Source: a virus (Duplodnaviria > Caudoviricetes). From it: DNA of 54,116 nucleotides. This document shows positions 28,137 through 37,207 of the stretch, piece after piece. Positions within the stretch are counted from its first letter, which is position 1, and the number at the start of each line of letters is the position of its first letter. The stretch is taken from IMG/VR virus record IMGVR_UViG_3300027898_000011, positions 1-54,116 of that record. One strand, given 5' to 3'. The position numbers and the translations under genes are program-made. The notes beneath the pieces are model-generated. The model had not been told where the DNA came from and did not search any database. It saw only the letters and a list, made by a program, of their open reading frames with translations.

Positions 28137-29027
28137 TTACACTCCGTATTCCGGGGGCGGAATGTAGGGAAAACCACGATAATGCAGCAGATTGTTATAG
28201 AATTGGCAGCCGTTAGGCCCGCGCGATCTATCGCATCCCGTGGTTACGGTATAAGTATCGCCAACCGAGCTAGCCTGGAACAGCGGGTAGACCAACGTAA
28301 AGTAGCCCGACGTGGCCGTTTCAATGCCTACGGTGGTGCCTTTGTTGACGCCGCTTGTAAACGTAACGTAGCCCAAAGGAAGATTGGCGTAAATACTTGG
28401 GGCGGTAGAGCCCCAGAAAATTTGGCTAGTGGACGAGCCAGCCCCCACCGTATTTGTGTAGGTGTTAGCCGCCCTAGACGGCCCTCCGTTAGGTTGACCG
28501 GGATTAGGCGCGCAGCCGGTATCGTACAAACTATGCGTGCATCCAATGTTATAAGTATTACGAGGCATATATTGCGCTAACTGATGATTAGCGCCTTTTA
28601 CACTTAGCGTAATAGATATGTCGTCTATCGTTACTTCCGCTGTGTTGCCCATAAAGAGATCGACGGTGCCCAGCGAAGTGTCGCCTTCCACAGGCATGAA
28701 CACACGAGACAACAAAAACGTCGAGTAGTCAAAAAATCCGTTATGCGCCAACAGTTTGATGTTGGAGCCATCCGGCATGTCCGATCCATTGGACATGATG
28801 ATGACTTCCATTTCGGGAACGTCGATAACGTTTTTTATGCCCCATTTAGAACGGTCAATAATAGGCCCTAACGCCGAATAGGTGTAAGGGCCTATTACTA
28901 AATCTTTGTCATGCGAAGTCCAAGTCAGCACCGTGCCGTCAGACAAAGTTATGGTGAACAAATCCGCCATAATACTTGTTCTGCCGGTGGCTAAAAACGC
29001 GGCCAAAGAAGCGTTAGCTTTTCTCAT
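28137..29027 (-). CDS. DUF2163 baseplate hub protein (GTA-like)
   Basis: L.DG....WT..D.DL; C...LYD..C; GCD....C....N..H.RGFPYIP; ATG 29027 preferred. Confidence 0.88.
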   Translation of the reverse strand: MRKANASLAAFLATGRTSIMADLFTITLSDGTVLTWTSHDKDLVIGPYTYSALGPIIDRSKWGIKNVIDVPEMEVIIMSNGSDMPDGSNIKLLAHNGFFDYSTFLLSRVFMPVEGDTSLGTVDLFMGNTAEVTIDDISITLSVKGANHQLAQYMPRNTYNIGCTHSLYDTGCAPNPGQPNGGPSRAANTYTNTVGAGSSTSQIFWGSTAPSIYANLPLGYVTFTSGVNKGTTVGIETATSGYFTLVYPLFQASSVGDTYTVTTGCDRSRGPNGCQFYNNLLHYRGFPYIPPPEYGV

Positions 29028-29283
29028 TATCGTCTCGTTTTGTAAACTTAAGCGACAGATCGCCGTCTGCCCGCACCGAAAAAACCACGTCATAAAACGG
29101 CACCACGGCGCTGGTTTTAACCAAATCAAACTCAGGGCACACTGCGACCCATTCATAGGAATCGCGGTCGTAAAGCGGGGAACGCACGTACCAACGCAGT
29201 GCGCGCTCAAGCAATTCACGTTCTTTTTCAGAAAGCGTTTTTTCGTTAACGATAAACTTTCCGATGTGCAGCGACGTTTTCAA
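29014..29283 (-). CDS. hypothetical protein inserted between the distal tail and hub genes
   Basis: ORF filling the gap; 'S..FD......P.Y' motif. Confidence 0.6.
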   Translation of the reverse strand: MKTSLHIGKFIVNEKTLSEKERELLERALRWYVRSPLYDRDSYEWVAVCPEFDLVKTSAVVPFYDVVFSVRADGDLSLKFTKRDDNEKS

Positions 29284-29289
29284 CTCGTA

Positions 29290-31659
29290 TTAACCTTTCA
29301 AAGAGAACAGCGTGACTTTGGCTTCCCACAGGTTATTATACACTTTGTTAAACGAATAGCTGTCGTCCTTAAAGCGGCACAAATACCAAAAACTGAAAGA
29401 AGCCGTAATAACCGCACCCACCGCCGGTGGGGTCGTAAACTGAATGTAGTTATTCACCGGGGTTAGAGTGCTGATCGAATACCCGGTGGTTTGCGCTACG
29501 TTATCCACATAGATTGTAAGGGGCTTGTCGAGTTCAACCCCGCCAACATTTTCTGTTTCTTCAAAAGAGCCCAGACCAAAAGTGCGGACGAATGGGAAAA
29601 TCGTGGTGACCCCGTCGCCCACACCGAGAGCTTGCTTAGTTACCGTGTTGTCGTCGGGATCGCGGAAATAGAAAGGTTGCAACCCGCCTTGAACAGTCAA
29701 AAAGAAACCCATTAAAGTGCGAATATCCGACGACGTAGAGCCAGTGAAAGCCCCGTTGTCCGCAAGAATGTCGTAAGTTAGCTCCCACTCAAACTGAGGC
29801 GTAGCCCAATAGCCAACGCGTACTTCTCGTCCCGAAGAACCGACCCCGGTGCCGGTGCTTTGCTTCAGACTCTTTACGATCTTTGGCGTAAGACCGATTA
29901 ACTGAGGGTAGACCTGAACCACAGGAATCTCCGAATAAGGAACCAGCGCCTCTACGACAAACTGGCTGACACGTATATTGAAAGGCAAATCCGTGCTTAC
30001 AAGGGCTTCGGCGGCTAACTGAGAAGCTCTTACCGCGTTAGTAGGAGAAGCCAAAGTCTCTAGCGTAAGTTGCGCGGCCCGCGCGCCTTTGGAGCCTTTT
30101 GATAGCGATTCCAGCACCACCTGAGAAACTCTCGGCGCTAGATTCTGACCGCCCCCGTAGACGTAATGCGGGCCTCTACGCCCTTGATATTTTGGCTGCG
30201 TAAAGTGAGTCGCAACCGTCCGAGCTAGGCGCTGCGCGGCGTTATATGGACGCGGCGGAACGGGCGGCACCGGGCGCGGCCCTAAGCCGACACGAGTCGC
30301 TTGGTGGCCTTGATAAGGGGTGCGAGTAAAGTGCGCCGCAATCTTTCTGGCGAGCCGCTGGGCGGCGTCGTAAGGTTTGGGCGGCACTACTACCGTGCCG
30401 GGCGGTGCCTTGGCTACGCGAAGCGTCTGGTGCCCTGCGTAGCGCTTGTGCTTAAAGTGCGAACGAACTAAACGCTGAAGCGGGGACAGATAAGGAAGTT
30501 GCGGCGTAGCCCCACCGGAAGTGCCGTAGGGAAAATTGCCAAAGCCGGTGGGTGGCGTGTGAGCGTAAGCAATCTGGCCGCTGTTAAGCGTAATATTAAC
30601 ATAGTCGTTATATGGCAAGTAAGCCGCAAACGGCGTAAGGGGAAACGTCACGCCGGAAATATCAATGCCGCCTACGCCGGTTGCCGGGTTTGCGGTGCCG
30701 CTTCCGTTCCAATTGCCCCCTGCGTCGTTAATCCAGATAAGCTTGGCCGTTGCATCAATAGCTATGCCAAGCTGGGCAAAACCGCCGCCAGGAGTAAGAA
30801 CTTTTGTTCCGTTAACGTATATGTCGCCGTTACTAGCGACAAGTATGCCGGGAGTGGAGCTAACAGAATTTAGTGGATTACCGCCAGAATAATTTGTCGG
30901 TATGAGTCCAATAAGTTTATCAAACCCGTCGCCCGCTACAACGTATATTTCGCAATAATATTTACCAGACGAAACACCGCTATAGGCAAGGACGGTGGCG
31001 TCTGGCCCGTTTGAACTAGAAGTGACGGTGAATTCAAGATTACCGCTTGAAAGAGCATAGTTGCCCTGGTAGCCGTAGGGGTGGCTATCCCAAACGTAAC
31101 CGCTAATGTTTGAGAACCCAGACGGCGCGGTGCCCGCAAACGTAGTGGTGTTTAGCGTGCAGTCAATCGCGTTGCCGGACGTGCTAACAAAAGGCGCGAG
31201 CGGCGCGGCCAAGGCCGACACATCAAAACCACCGGCACCGGTAGCCGGGTTAGCGCTTCCGCCTGCGTTCCAACTTCCCGAGCCTACGACCGTAAACCAA
31301 ACCAATTTTGCGGTCGGATCGTAGGCTATACCTACGGCGGTCGTGCCGGGGCTGGATATACTAGTGCCAGAGTACCCGCCGTTAATAAAAATTGCGCCGT
31401 TTTCGGCTACCCACGCGGTGTTGCTTGTGCTGTTGTAATTCTGACGTGTATTAGGCCCGTTATACTTCCAGCTTGATAGCCCTAAGCACCATTGACCCGA
31501 CGCCGAGTTAACGACGATTTCAAAATACACTTTGCCGGAAAACGCCGTCCCGACAGCCTCCACCTGCGAGCCAGCAAAGATGTTGGCGACAGTGAAGTTG
31601 TCGGGACGAAATTTAGGGTAGCCCTCATACGCAGGGCTAATCCACGCCGGGTAACTCAC
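29290..31659 (-). CDS. distal tail protein (DUF2460) with two N-terminal SPRY/ConA-like domains and repeats
   Basis: Two 'GK.Y.EI...GIA.D.....W.....W...ANPATG.GG.D.S...P.GF' units; C-terminal SGRE.R..W..P...W, F.F.DP.D, GDG.T..F, RF..D. Confidence 0.85.
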   Translation of the reverse strand: MSYPAWISPAYEGYPKFRPDNFTVANIFAGSQVEAVGTAFSGKVYFEIVVNSASGQWCLGLSSWKYNGPNTRQNYNSTSNTAWVAENGAIFINGGYSGTSISSPGTTAVGIAYDPTAKLVWFTVVGSGSWNAGGSANPATGAGGFDVSALAAPLAPFVSTSGNAIDCTLNTTTFAGTAPSGFSNISGYVWDSHPYGYQGNYALSSGNLEFTVTSSSNGPDATVLAYSGVSSGKYYCEIYVVAGDGFDKLIGLIPTNYSGGNPLNSVSSTPGILVASNGDIYVNGTKVLTPGGGFAQLGIAIDATAKLIWINDAGGNWNGSGTANPATGVGGIDISGVTFPLTPFAAYLPYNDYVNITLNSGQIAYAHTPPTGFGNFPYGTSGGATPQLPYLSPLQRLVRSHFKHKRYAGHQTLRVAKAPPGTVVVPPKPYDAAQRLARKIAAHFTRTPYQGHQATRVGLGPRPVPPVPPRPYNAAQRLARTVATHFTQPKYQGRRGPHYVYGGGQNLAPRVSQVVLESLSKGSKGARAAQLTLETLASPTNAVRASQLAAEALVSTDLPFNIRVSQFVVEALVPYSEIPVVQVYPQLIGLTPKIVKSLKQSTGTGVGSSGREVRVGYWATPQFEWELTYDILADNGAFTGSTSSDIRTLMGFFLTVQGGLQPFYFRDPDDNTVTKQALGVGDGVTTIFPFVRTFGLGSFEETENVGGVELDKPLTIYVDNVAQTTGYSISTLTPVNNYIQFTTPPAVGAVITASFSFWYLCRFKDDSYSFNKVYNNLWEAKVTLFSLKG

Positions 31660-31680
31660 AGGTTTAGCCTTCTAAAGAAC

Positions 31681-32148
31681 TTAGAAAAGCTCTTCAACTA
31701 CCACGGTAGCAGTCATTGTTTCGGTCGTGCTGGGGGCAGTGTCCAGGCTCACAACAAAAGCTTGGCCCGGGCCGATCACCAGACGATCTTCTTCCGGCGG
31801 CAGATAAAGGTAGCCATTGACCACGTTAAACACGTCGCCATAAACTGTTGCGGTGCCGCTGGTAGAAGCCTGCGTGGTGTCGTTAGCGTGCGCAGTGACC
31901 GTGGCTGCCGTGTCGTTCGGGCTAACCGGGAACAAAGCAGGCGTGGTGCCGCCGGACCCGGCAGTTACCGTGGCGGGCAGGCGCTTAAGAGAAAGGTTCA
32001 GGTTGCCGACCGCCGTGGCGCTAATCTGCCCGATGGTAACGCTGTGAACCTTGAACGCTTTAACCGAGCCCGCGTAAACCGCGAGCAAATCTTGAACTGC
32101 ACTTACCGCAACGTTTCGGGCGGTGGCAATATAAACGCGACCTGTCAT
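31681..32148 (-). CDS. minor tail/virion protein
   Basis: GAGG RBS; beta-rich; in the tail module. Confidence 0.7.
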   Translation of the reverse strand: MTGRVYIATARNVAVSAVQDLLAVYAGSVKAFKVHSVTIGQISATAVGNLNLSLKRLPATVTAGSGGTTPALFPVSPNDTAATVTAHANDTTQASTSGTATVYGDVFNVVNGYLYLPPEEDRLVIGPGQAFVVSLDTAPSTTETMTATVVVEELF

Positions 32149-32158
32149 AACGAACCTC

Positions 32159-33265
32159 TTAGCTGTTGAGCTTGTAACCGGCGATTAAGGAGTTGACCGA
32201 AGTAGGCGTCCAGCTTGCCGAAGTATTAGGGTCTAGCACGGTTCCGTCTACGATGTAAGTATAACCTAGGCTTAGCACATGCGGAGTAGCGCTCGTAAAA
32301 GTAGAAGACCCGGATTTGACAATCTGAACAATGGTTTGCGCGCTGGCGTCAAGCTTGCGGTAGGCACCGACAACTTGAACAGAGAACACAACAGACACAT
32401 CAGTTGGTAGCGACCCGAACGTAAACAAGTCCGTGTAGCCAATAGTGGTCGCGTAGTTATAGCTGCTGTCGCCCGGGAACTGCGTATGGCCTACTTCTTG
32501 CCAGTTTGCGTTAGCCAGCGGAGTCCACTGAACCGAGTTATTCGCTGCGGTGTAAAGCGTGCGCGTAGCACAATCCCCAAGAAACGTGTTGCAAGGGTAG
32601 GTGCCCGGGCCGGTGGTGCTGTCGCACAGATAAAAATCGTCCAGATAAGCGGCGATGACGCCGCCGCCGCCAGAGTTAGCAAAAGACCAAGAAACTCCGT
32701 TAAACCAGTTATTAAGGCCGCCTAAGTTAGAAATGGTGCCTATGGTGCGAACGCCCGACATAGAAAACACGGAGTTACCGTTTACGTGTATGTCAAACGA
32801 TCCTGAATTGCTTGGTACATAGCCAAGCTCAAAAAAGTTATAGACGTAAGGATTAAAGGTGTTCGGTTTTGACGAGCCTAAATCATTAGGCATAGATGCC
32901 GGAACGTCAGGATCGCCGTTATAGGCAACAATAGTCCCAGAACTTAGATAAAACCTAAAAGTCATTTGAACCATTTGATTTGCGTAATCGTAGAGCCGCA
33001 TATCAAAATAAGGCGTTCCGATAGGCGCTAGCAGTATCGCAATACCTAAAAAGCCTGACGTGTAGTTATGAGCAAAAGAAGCGCCCAAAGAGCCTGCGGT
33101 GGCGGTGCCGTTGTCGTTTATGGCCACAGCTTGCCCGTAGCCCCCGCGTCCGGTTACGAACGAGTTGAACCCGCTTACTGTGTTCCACAGCAAATCGCCC
33201 TGCCGGGCTTGTAGATCGGACTGCCCGGCATAGTGGTCTAGGCCATCATGAACAATTACCGCCAC
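32159..33265 (-). CDS. minor tail protein (ConA-like beta-sandwich)
   Basis: Directly follows the TMP; 'DD.Y..D......FLGD', 'DP.T...WT'. Confidence 0.75.
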   Translation of the reverse strand: MAVIVHDGLDHYAGQSDLQARQGDLLWNTVSGFNSFVTGRGGYGQAVAINDNGTATAGSLGASFAHNYTSGFLGIAILLAPIGTPYFDMRLYDYANQMVQMTFRFYLSSGTIVAYNGDPDVPASMPNDLGSSKPNTFNPYVYNFFELGYVPSNSGSFDIHVNGNSVFSMSGVRTIGTISNLGGLNNWFNGVSWSFANSGGGGVIAAYLDDFYLCDSTTGPGTYPCNTFLGDCATRTLYTAANNSVQWTPLANANWQEVGHTQFPGDSSYNYATTIGYTDLFTFGSLPTDVSVVFSVQVVGAYRKLDASAQTIVQIVKSGSSTFTSATPHVLSLGYTYIVDGTVLDPNTSASWTPTSVNSLIAGYKLNS

Positions 33266-36200
33266 GTTTTCCTCCCGGGCAGCGTAACAGCGTTGTTACC
33301 ATACCAGTTGTTAATGTTGTGGTACAAATCGTCTCGGCCTGCTTTTAGCGCGTTAGCCATCGCGGCGGAAACCCCTGCTCCGGTGGCATTGATGACCGGA
33401 GCGTGGTTGATGTTTATCGTGTGCGAAACGTCGCCGCTGCTGTTTACTACACTGCTCGTGCCGGGTGCGGTAAGCCGCGCGGGTTGCGGCAGCGACGGGC
33501 CGGAGGCTACCATGTTGCGCACGCCCTCCGCAAGATCGCGCGGAAGTACCATTTCGTCTTGGTGAAGCACTGCCGGTGCGCCGTCGTAAGGCACGCGATC
33601 CCAGCCGCCTTCAGCAGACGCGATGGTTTCATAGCCCGCTACCGCCGCAAACGCGCCCGCAGCGGCCACGGGGGCAATAATAGGACCAATGATAGGGATA
33701 CCGGCGAGGGCCGCGTAAGTGCCAGAAAACGCCTTAGAGGCATCGCCTATGATGGTCTTAGAGTTGGCGGCGGCCTGCTGCGCGGCTCCCGCAGCGGCGG
33801 CCTGCCCTTTCACGGCTGTCTGCACGGACGTTCCGGCGATCACCGCGCCCGTTTTGGCCGATTCAGCCGCGACAAACTTAGCTACCTGCGCGGTTAAACC
33901 AGCGATTTCTTTTTGAGTCGCTTGATCCGAGCTTTGGCCTTGAGCCGCATCGCTGGCTTTACCAAGCAGCAACATTCGGAGCTCTGCTGCGGCTTTCTTT
34001 TCTACGACTTGCAGCAAGCTTTTCGCCCAGGATTGAAGCACACTAGCAGCCGCTTGCGCTTCAACTTGGCGTATGTTCTGACCGCCCTTAACTGCCGCGC
34101 CCAAAATACTATCAAAAGCGTTGCCGATGGGAGAAACTATCTTTTCCCATGATTTTTCAACCGCGTCGGCGGTTTGCTCATTGAGACGTTGAACGTTATC
34201 CAAATAAGACTTTAACTTTGCGGTTTCGGTGGCGTAATCGCTAGCCGCCCCCTGTTTATCGCCCGCGGCCAGTTTTTCGTTAATAGCTTGATTAAGCCCG
34301 GCAATCTCATCTTCCAGTCCTTTGCGCAAAATAGCAATCTTAGCGGCTACGTCAGCCTGAAGCGCGCCAGGGTCGATAGCAATAGACAAAGAGGGCGCAA
34401 AATCTATCTTGCCCTTACCCCCGATTTCGTCAAGGTTAGCTTGGGCCTGCGCCAAAGAACGCTGAATATCGGCAGCTTTTATGCGCTCTTCCGTGACGCG
34501 CTTTATCTGCTCGTTTTGAAACTCAGCGGCTCTCTTAGCTACTTCCAAAGCTTGCGCAGAGTCCGCCCCGTATATTTGGGCAGCCCGAGCGGTCCAAGCG
34601 CGCAAGATGGCTTCTTGCTCAAAGATGTTATCCTTAAACTTTGCCAGTTTTAACTCTTCAGCTTTGGCAAAATCTTGATATTCGGTATTTTTGTCTTTTA
34701 TCGCCTCTGTGCGGTTTGCACGATTAAGGCGCATGGTTGTTTGGCTTATCTCGTCGTTAAGCTGCTGCGCGGCTTCCGCAGTTAACCGCTGATCGGCCAA
34801 ACCAGCTTTGTACACGGCAAGTTCGGCGGCTGCCTGATCTTTACGATCCGCCACCGCAGCCGCGCCCGCCGCAAGCGCCTTTTGTCTAATGTCTTTAAGG
34901 GCCTGATCCGCCGCCGTTTCTTGGTAGCTATAATCGACGCTTTTAAACAAACGAGATATAGCGGGATCGTCGCTAATATCTTTTAAGCCGCGAAGGTAAT
35001 CAACCTGTTCCTTAAGACGCGCAAAAGGAAGCAACGCGGGCTGCTGATTAATTTCTTCCAGACGCTCGTGAATAGCGGTTAGATCAGGAGAAAGTTTTGG
35101 ACTTGAAGCTATGTAAGCCTCGAAATCTTTAATAGCCGCCAAGGTGCGCTTGGCGGAATCTTCAACACGCGATTGCGCCCACGCTTCGCCTAAACCGTCT
35201 GTTTTCTGCTTAAACTGAGAAAGCGGGTCTAGCAGAGCAGCGACAGAAGGCACCAAATTACCCCAGGCTCGAGCAGAACTGGCCGCCGTAGAGTCCAGGC
35301 TGGTGCCGTATTCGCGCACTCCCGCCGCTATGGTCTTTAGAAAAAAAGCCCTCTGCTGAAGGGGTTCTAGGGCCAAACTATTAAAAGTTTTCTCCGCTTG
35401 GCCTGTTTTGTCAAACTCTTCGCTTAGCAGTTTGGCGGCTTCGGCAGGGCTGCGCAGGGCTGAAGCAAGAACCGCTGCGCCGTCTTCTGCTGATTTGGCA
35501 CCGATCCGGGCAGAGAAATCAGGTAGCAAGTTTACCAGCCCGCCGATAAGGTCGGGGGTGGCGCGATTTATCTTTGCAAAGCTGCGAATAATCTTATCAA
35601 CTTGAGCGTCGGTAAGATCGCCCAAAGCACGAACAGAGTAACCCGCATCGAGAAGCATGCGGCGGTAGCTCTGCACCACATCTGCGGGTATGTTGAGATT
35701 TTCGGTTTTGAAAGAAGCGCTTAAATCGGCAGAATCACGAGCTTCTTCTAAACGGTGGGCGTAGTAGGCCACGCCCGCCGCCGCCGAGGCAACCGCCGCG
35801 CCTATCAGGCCGAATTGAACAAGAGTAGAAGCGGAAATAGTATTGAAAGAACTAAGAGCTTGGCCGACGCGAAAAAACTCTTCGCTAAAAATACGGGCTG
35901 GGCTAATACCGGCGGCCAGCCCATCCGCCACAGCGCGAACCGAGTGCTCCAACTCGGCAAACGCAACTCGATTTTGCGCGATAACGCCGCCAAACTTGGC
36001 GTGTTCTTCGTTATGTTTTTTACTTGATTCTGTGGCTTCTTCTAAAGCGGGGCGAAGTTTGCCCCGAAGTTCCGCCGCCATGGCGTTAATCTCGGCTTTG
36101 CCGCGTGCTACCTTTTCGGCAAGTTGCTGCACCGCCGGGTTCATAGACGAAGAAATGCTGGACCCGGTGGCTTGCGCTTCCCGGGCCAGCTTGTTCAGTT

Positions 36201-36300
36201 CGTTAGAATTAGCATTAAAAGCAGCGCGAGCGGCGGCGAGCTTCGTTTGAAGATCGGTTACATCCGCCGTTACGGCTACGGTAAGAACTGGTCCGGCCAT
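33256..36300 (-). CDS. tape measure protein
   Basis: 1014 aa, Ala-rich and helical; C-terminal SA.GG..VP.D....LH..EMVLP; follows the chaperone genes. Confidence 0.92.
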   Translation of the reverse strand: MAGPVLTVAVTADVTDLQTKLAAARAAFNANSNELNKLAREAQATGSSISSSMNPAVQQLAEKVARGKAEINAMAAELRGKLRPALEEATESSKKHNEEHAKFGGVIAQNRVAFAELEHSVRAVADGLAAGISPARIFSEEFFRVGQALSSFNTISASTLVQFGLIGAAVASAAAGVAYYAHRLEEARDSADLSASFKTENLNIPADVVQSYRRMLLDAGYSVRALGDLTDAQVDKIIRSFAKINRATPDLIGGLVNLLPDFSARIGAKSAEDGAAVLASALRSPAEAAKLLSEEFDKTGQAEKTFNSLALEPLQQRAFFLKTIAAGVREYGTSLDSTAASSARAWGNLVPSVAALLDPLSQFKQKTDGLGEAWAQSRVEDSAKRTLAAIKDFEAYIASSPKLSPDLTAIHERLEEINQQPALLPFARLKEQVDYLRGLKDISDDPAISRLFKSVDYSYQETAADQALKDIRQKALAAGAAAVADRKDQAAAELAVYKAGLADQRLTAEAAQQLNDEISQTTMRLNRANRTEAIKDKNTEYQDFAKAEELKLAKFKDNIFEQEAILRAWTARAAQIYGADSAQALEVAKRAAEFQNEQIKRVTEERIKAADIQRSLAQAQANLDEIGGKGKIDFAPSLSIAIDPGALQADVAAKIAILRKGLEDEIAGLNQAINEKLAAGDKQGAASDYATETAKLKSYLDNVQRLNEQTADAVEKSWEKIVSPIGNAFDSILGAAVKGGQNIRQVEAQAAASVLQSWAKSLLQVVEKKAAAELRMLLLGKASDAAQGQSSDQATQKEIAGLTAQVAKFVAAESAKTGAVIAGTSVQTAVKGQAAAAGAAQQAAANSKTIIGDASKAFSGTYAALAGIPIIGPIIAPVAAAGAFAAVAGYETIASAEGGWDRVPYDGAPAVLHQDEMVLPRDLAEGVRNMVASGPSLPQPARLTAPGTSSVVNSSGDVSHTININHAPVINATGAGVSAAMANALKAGRDDLYHNINNWYGNNAVTLPGRKTWR

Positions 36301-36318
36301 CGCTATACTCTGACAGGT

Positions 36319-36621
36319 TTACATACCGGGAGCAAGAGCCGTTCCCTTTGTGGCTTTAGCCCACCGCGCAAACTCTGCCGGTCCCATTGCGTTTGGATCA
36401 GGTTTAGTAACTTCCCCGATTTTAGGAACAGGTTTGTAGTCCATATACATAGCGGCGAGGTCGTCTACGGTGGGGTGAAGACGCCATTCTTCTTCAAAAG
36501 CATCCCACATCGCCATAGTTATTGTGTTCTCTACCGTTTCCCAAGTCCAACCCAGGCGGCGGCAAAGCCGGGCTGTTATTAAGTCCCAATTGGGGGGCTC
36601 TGCTCCCCCTGAGCTTCCCCC
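36319..36621 (-). CDS. tail assembly chaperone, -1 frameshift extension (gpT-like: ...PPNWDLITARLCRRLGWTWE...)
   Basis: The -1 frame is open from the slippery heptamer to the stop at 36319 and includes track ORF 36319..36516. Confidence 0.75.
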   Translation of the reverse strand, partial: GGSSGGAEPPNWDLITARLCRRLGWTWETVENTITMAMWDAFEEEWRLHPTVDDLAAMYMDYKPVPKIGEVTKPDPNAMGPAEFARWAKATKGTALAPGM

Positions 36622-36959
36622 GGCGCGGCAGTCTTTCGATACAGACCTGATTGTTCCATGACCACAAGCAGAGCAGACACAAGCTCCACTACGCCGATAG
36701 GCATTTCATCCATTTCCTCAACGGTGATCTGCGGATGGGCGCGAGAAAGAGCAATAAAAGCGATCTGTGACAAATCTGCCACATCTTGCTCGGTCAGACC
36801 GTCAAGGGTAATTCCGTCTCGCAGAATCTTGCCCGAAACGTTTTTGAACAAACCTTGCAACTTGCGGTTTTGCTTCAAAGTCATAGGCGGCACCGGCCAA
36901 TCGAAGCCGCCCAAAGAAACAACAGGCCAGTTTTCGGTGTTAACCGCTGGAAGAGTCAT
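36579..36959 (-). CDS. tail assembly chaperone (gpG-like)
   Basis: Between major tail and TMP; ends ...PGEA... Confidence 0.85.
   Translation of the reverse strand: MTLPAVNTENWPVVSLGGFDWPVPPMTLKQNRKLQGLFKNVSGKILRDGITLDGLTEQDVADLSQIAFIALSRAHPQITVEEMDEMPIGVVELVSALLVVMEQSGLYRKTAAPGEAQGEQSPPIGT
36615..36621 (-). other. programmed -1 frameshift slippery site G GGG GAA
   Basis: CCG GGG GAA in the chaperone frame; open -1 frame follows. Confidence 0.7.
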
Positions 36960-37135
36960 TAGCTACGATCCTTTGAGAAATCAGCTTCCGCTTGCTCGGC
37001 GCTATCCCGCTCGATGCCGCAAGAGAAAAAGTAGTAGGCGTAGGCGCGGTCGATAACCTCGTCTACGCTAAGATCGCCGCTCTTAGCGGCATCTTCTCGC
37101 GCCCAATTAAGCGCCAGCACGCACATATTGTCCAT
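36959..37135 (-). CDS. hypothetical moron-like protein
   Basis: Has its own promoter; 'LALN.A.....VI.RA.AY..F'. Confidence 0.6.
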   Translation of the reverse strand: MDNMCVLALNWAREDAAKSGDLSVDEVIDRAYAYYFFSCGIERDSAEQAEADFSKDRS

Positions 37136-37179
37136 TTTGTTTCCGTCACTAAAGCAGTTGCAGACCACCTGCAACTGCT

Positions 37180-37207
37180 TATCTAGTGAGGCTCAACGCA
37201 ATGTCAA
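37180..37207 (-). promoter_or_regulatory. promoter TTGACA-N16-TAGATA followed by a 12-bp hairpin (37152-37180)
   Basis: Consensus -35; AAGCAGTTGCAG-ACCAC-CTGCAACTGCTT perfect stem. Confidence 0.6.

Noticed and set aside
28137-29219. Track start at 29219 for the hub protein (likewise 13627, 2596, 3431, 3643, 3916, 22771, 23043)
   Set aside because: Upstream extensions overlap other genes or a terminator; downstream starts with RBS or stop/start overlap fit better
29290-31659. Diversity-generating retroelement acting on tail domains
   Set aside because: No reverse transcriptase and no near-identical TR/VR pair differing at adenines was seen
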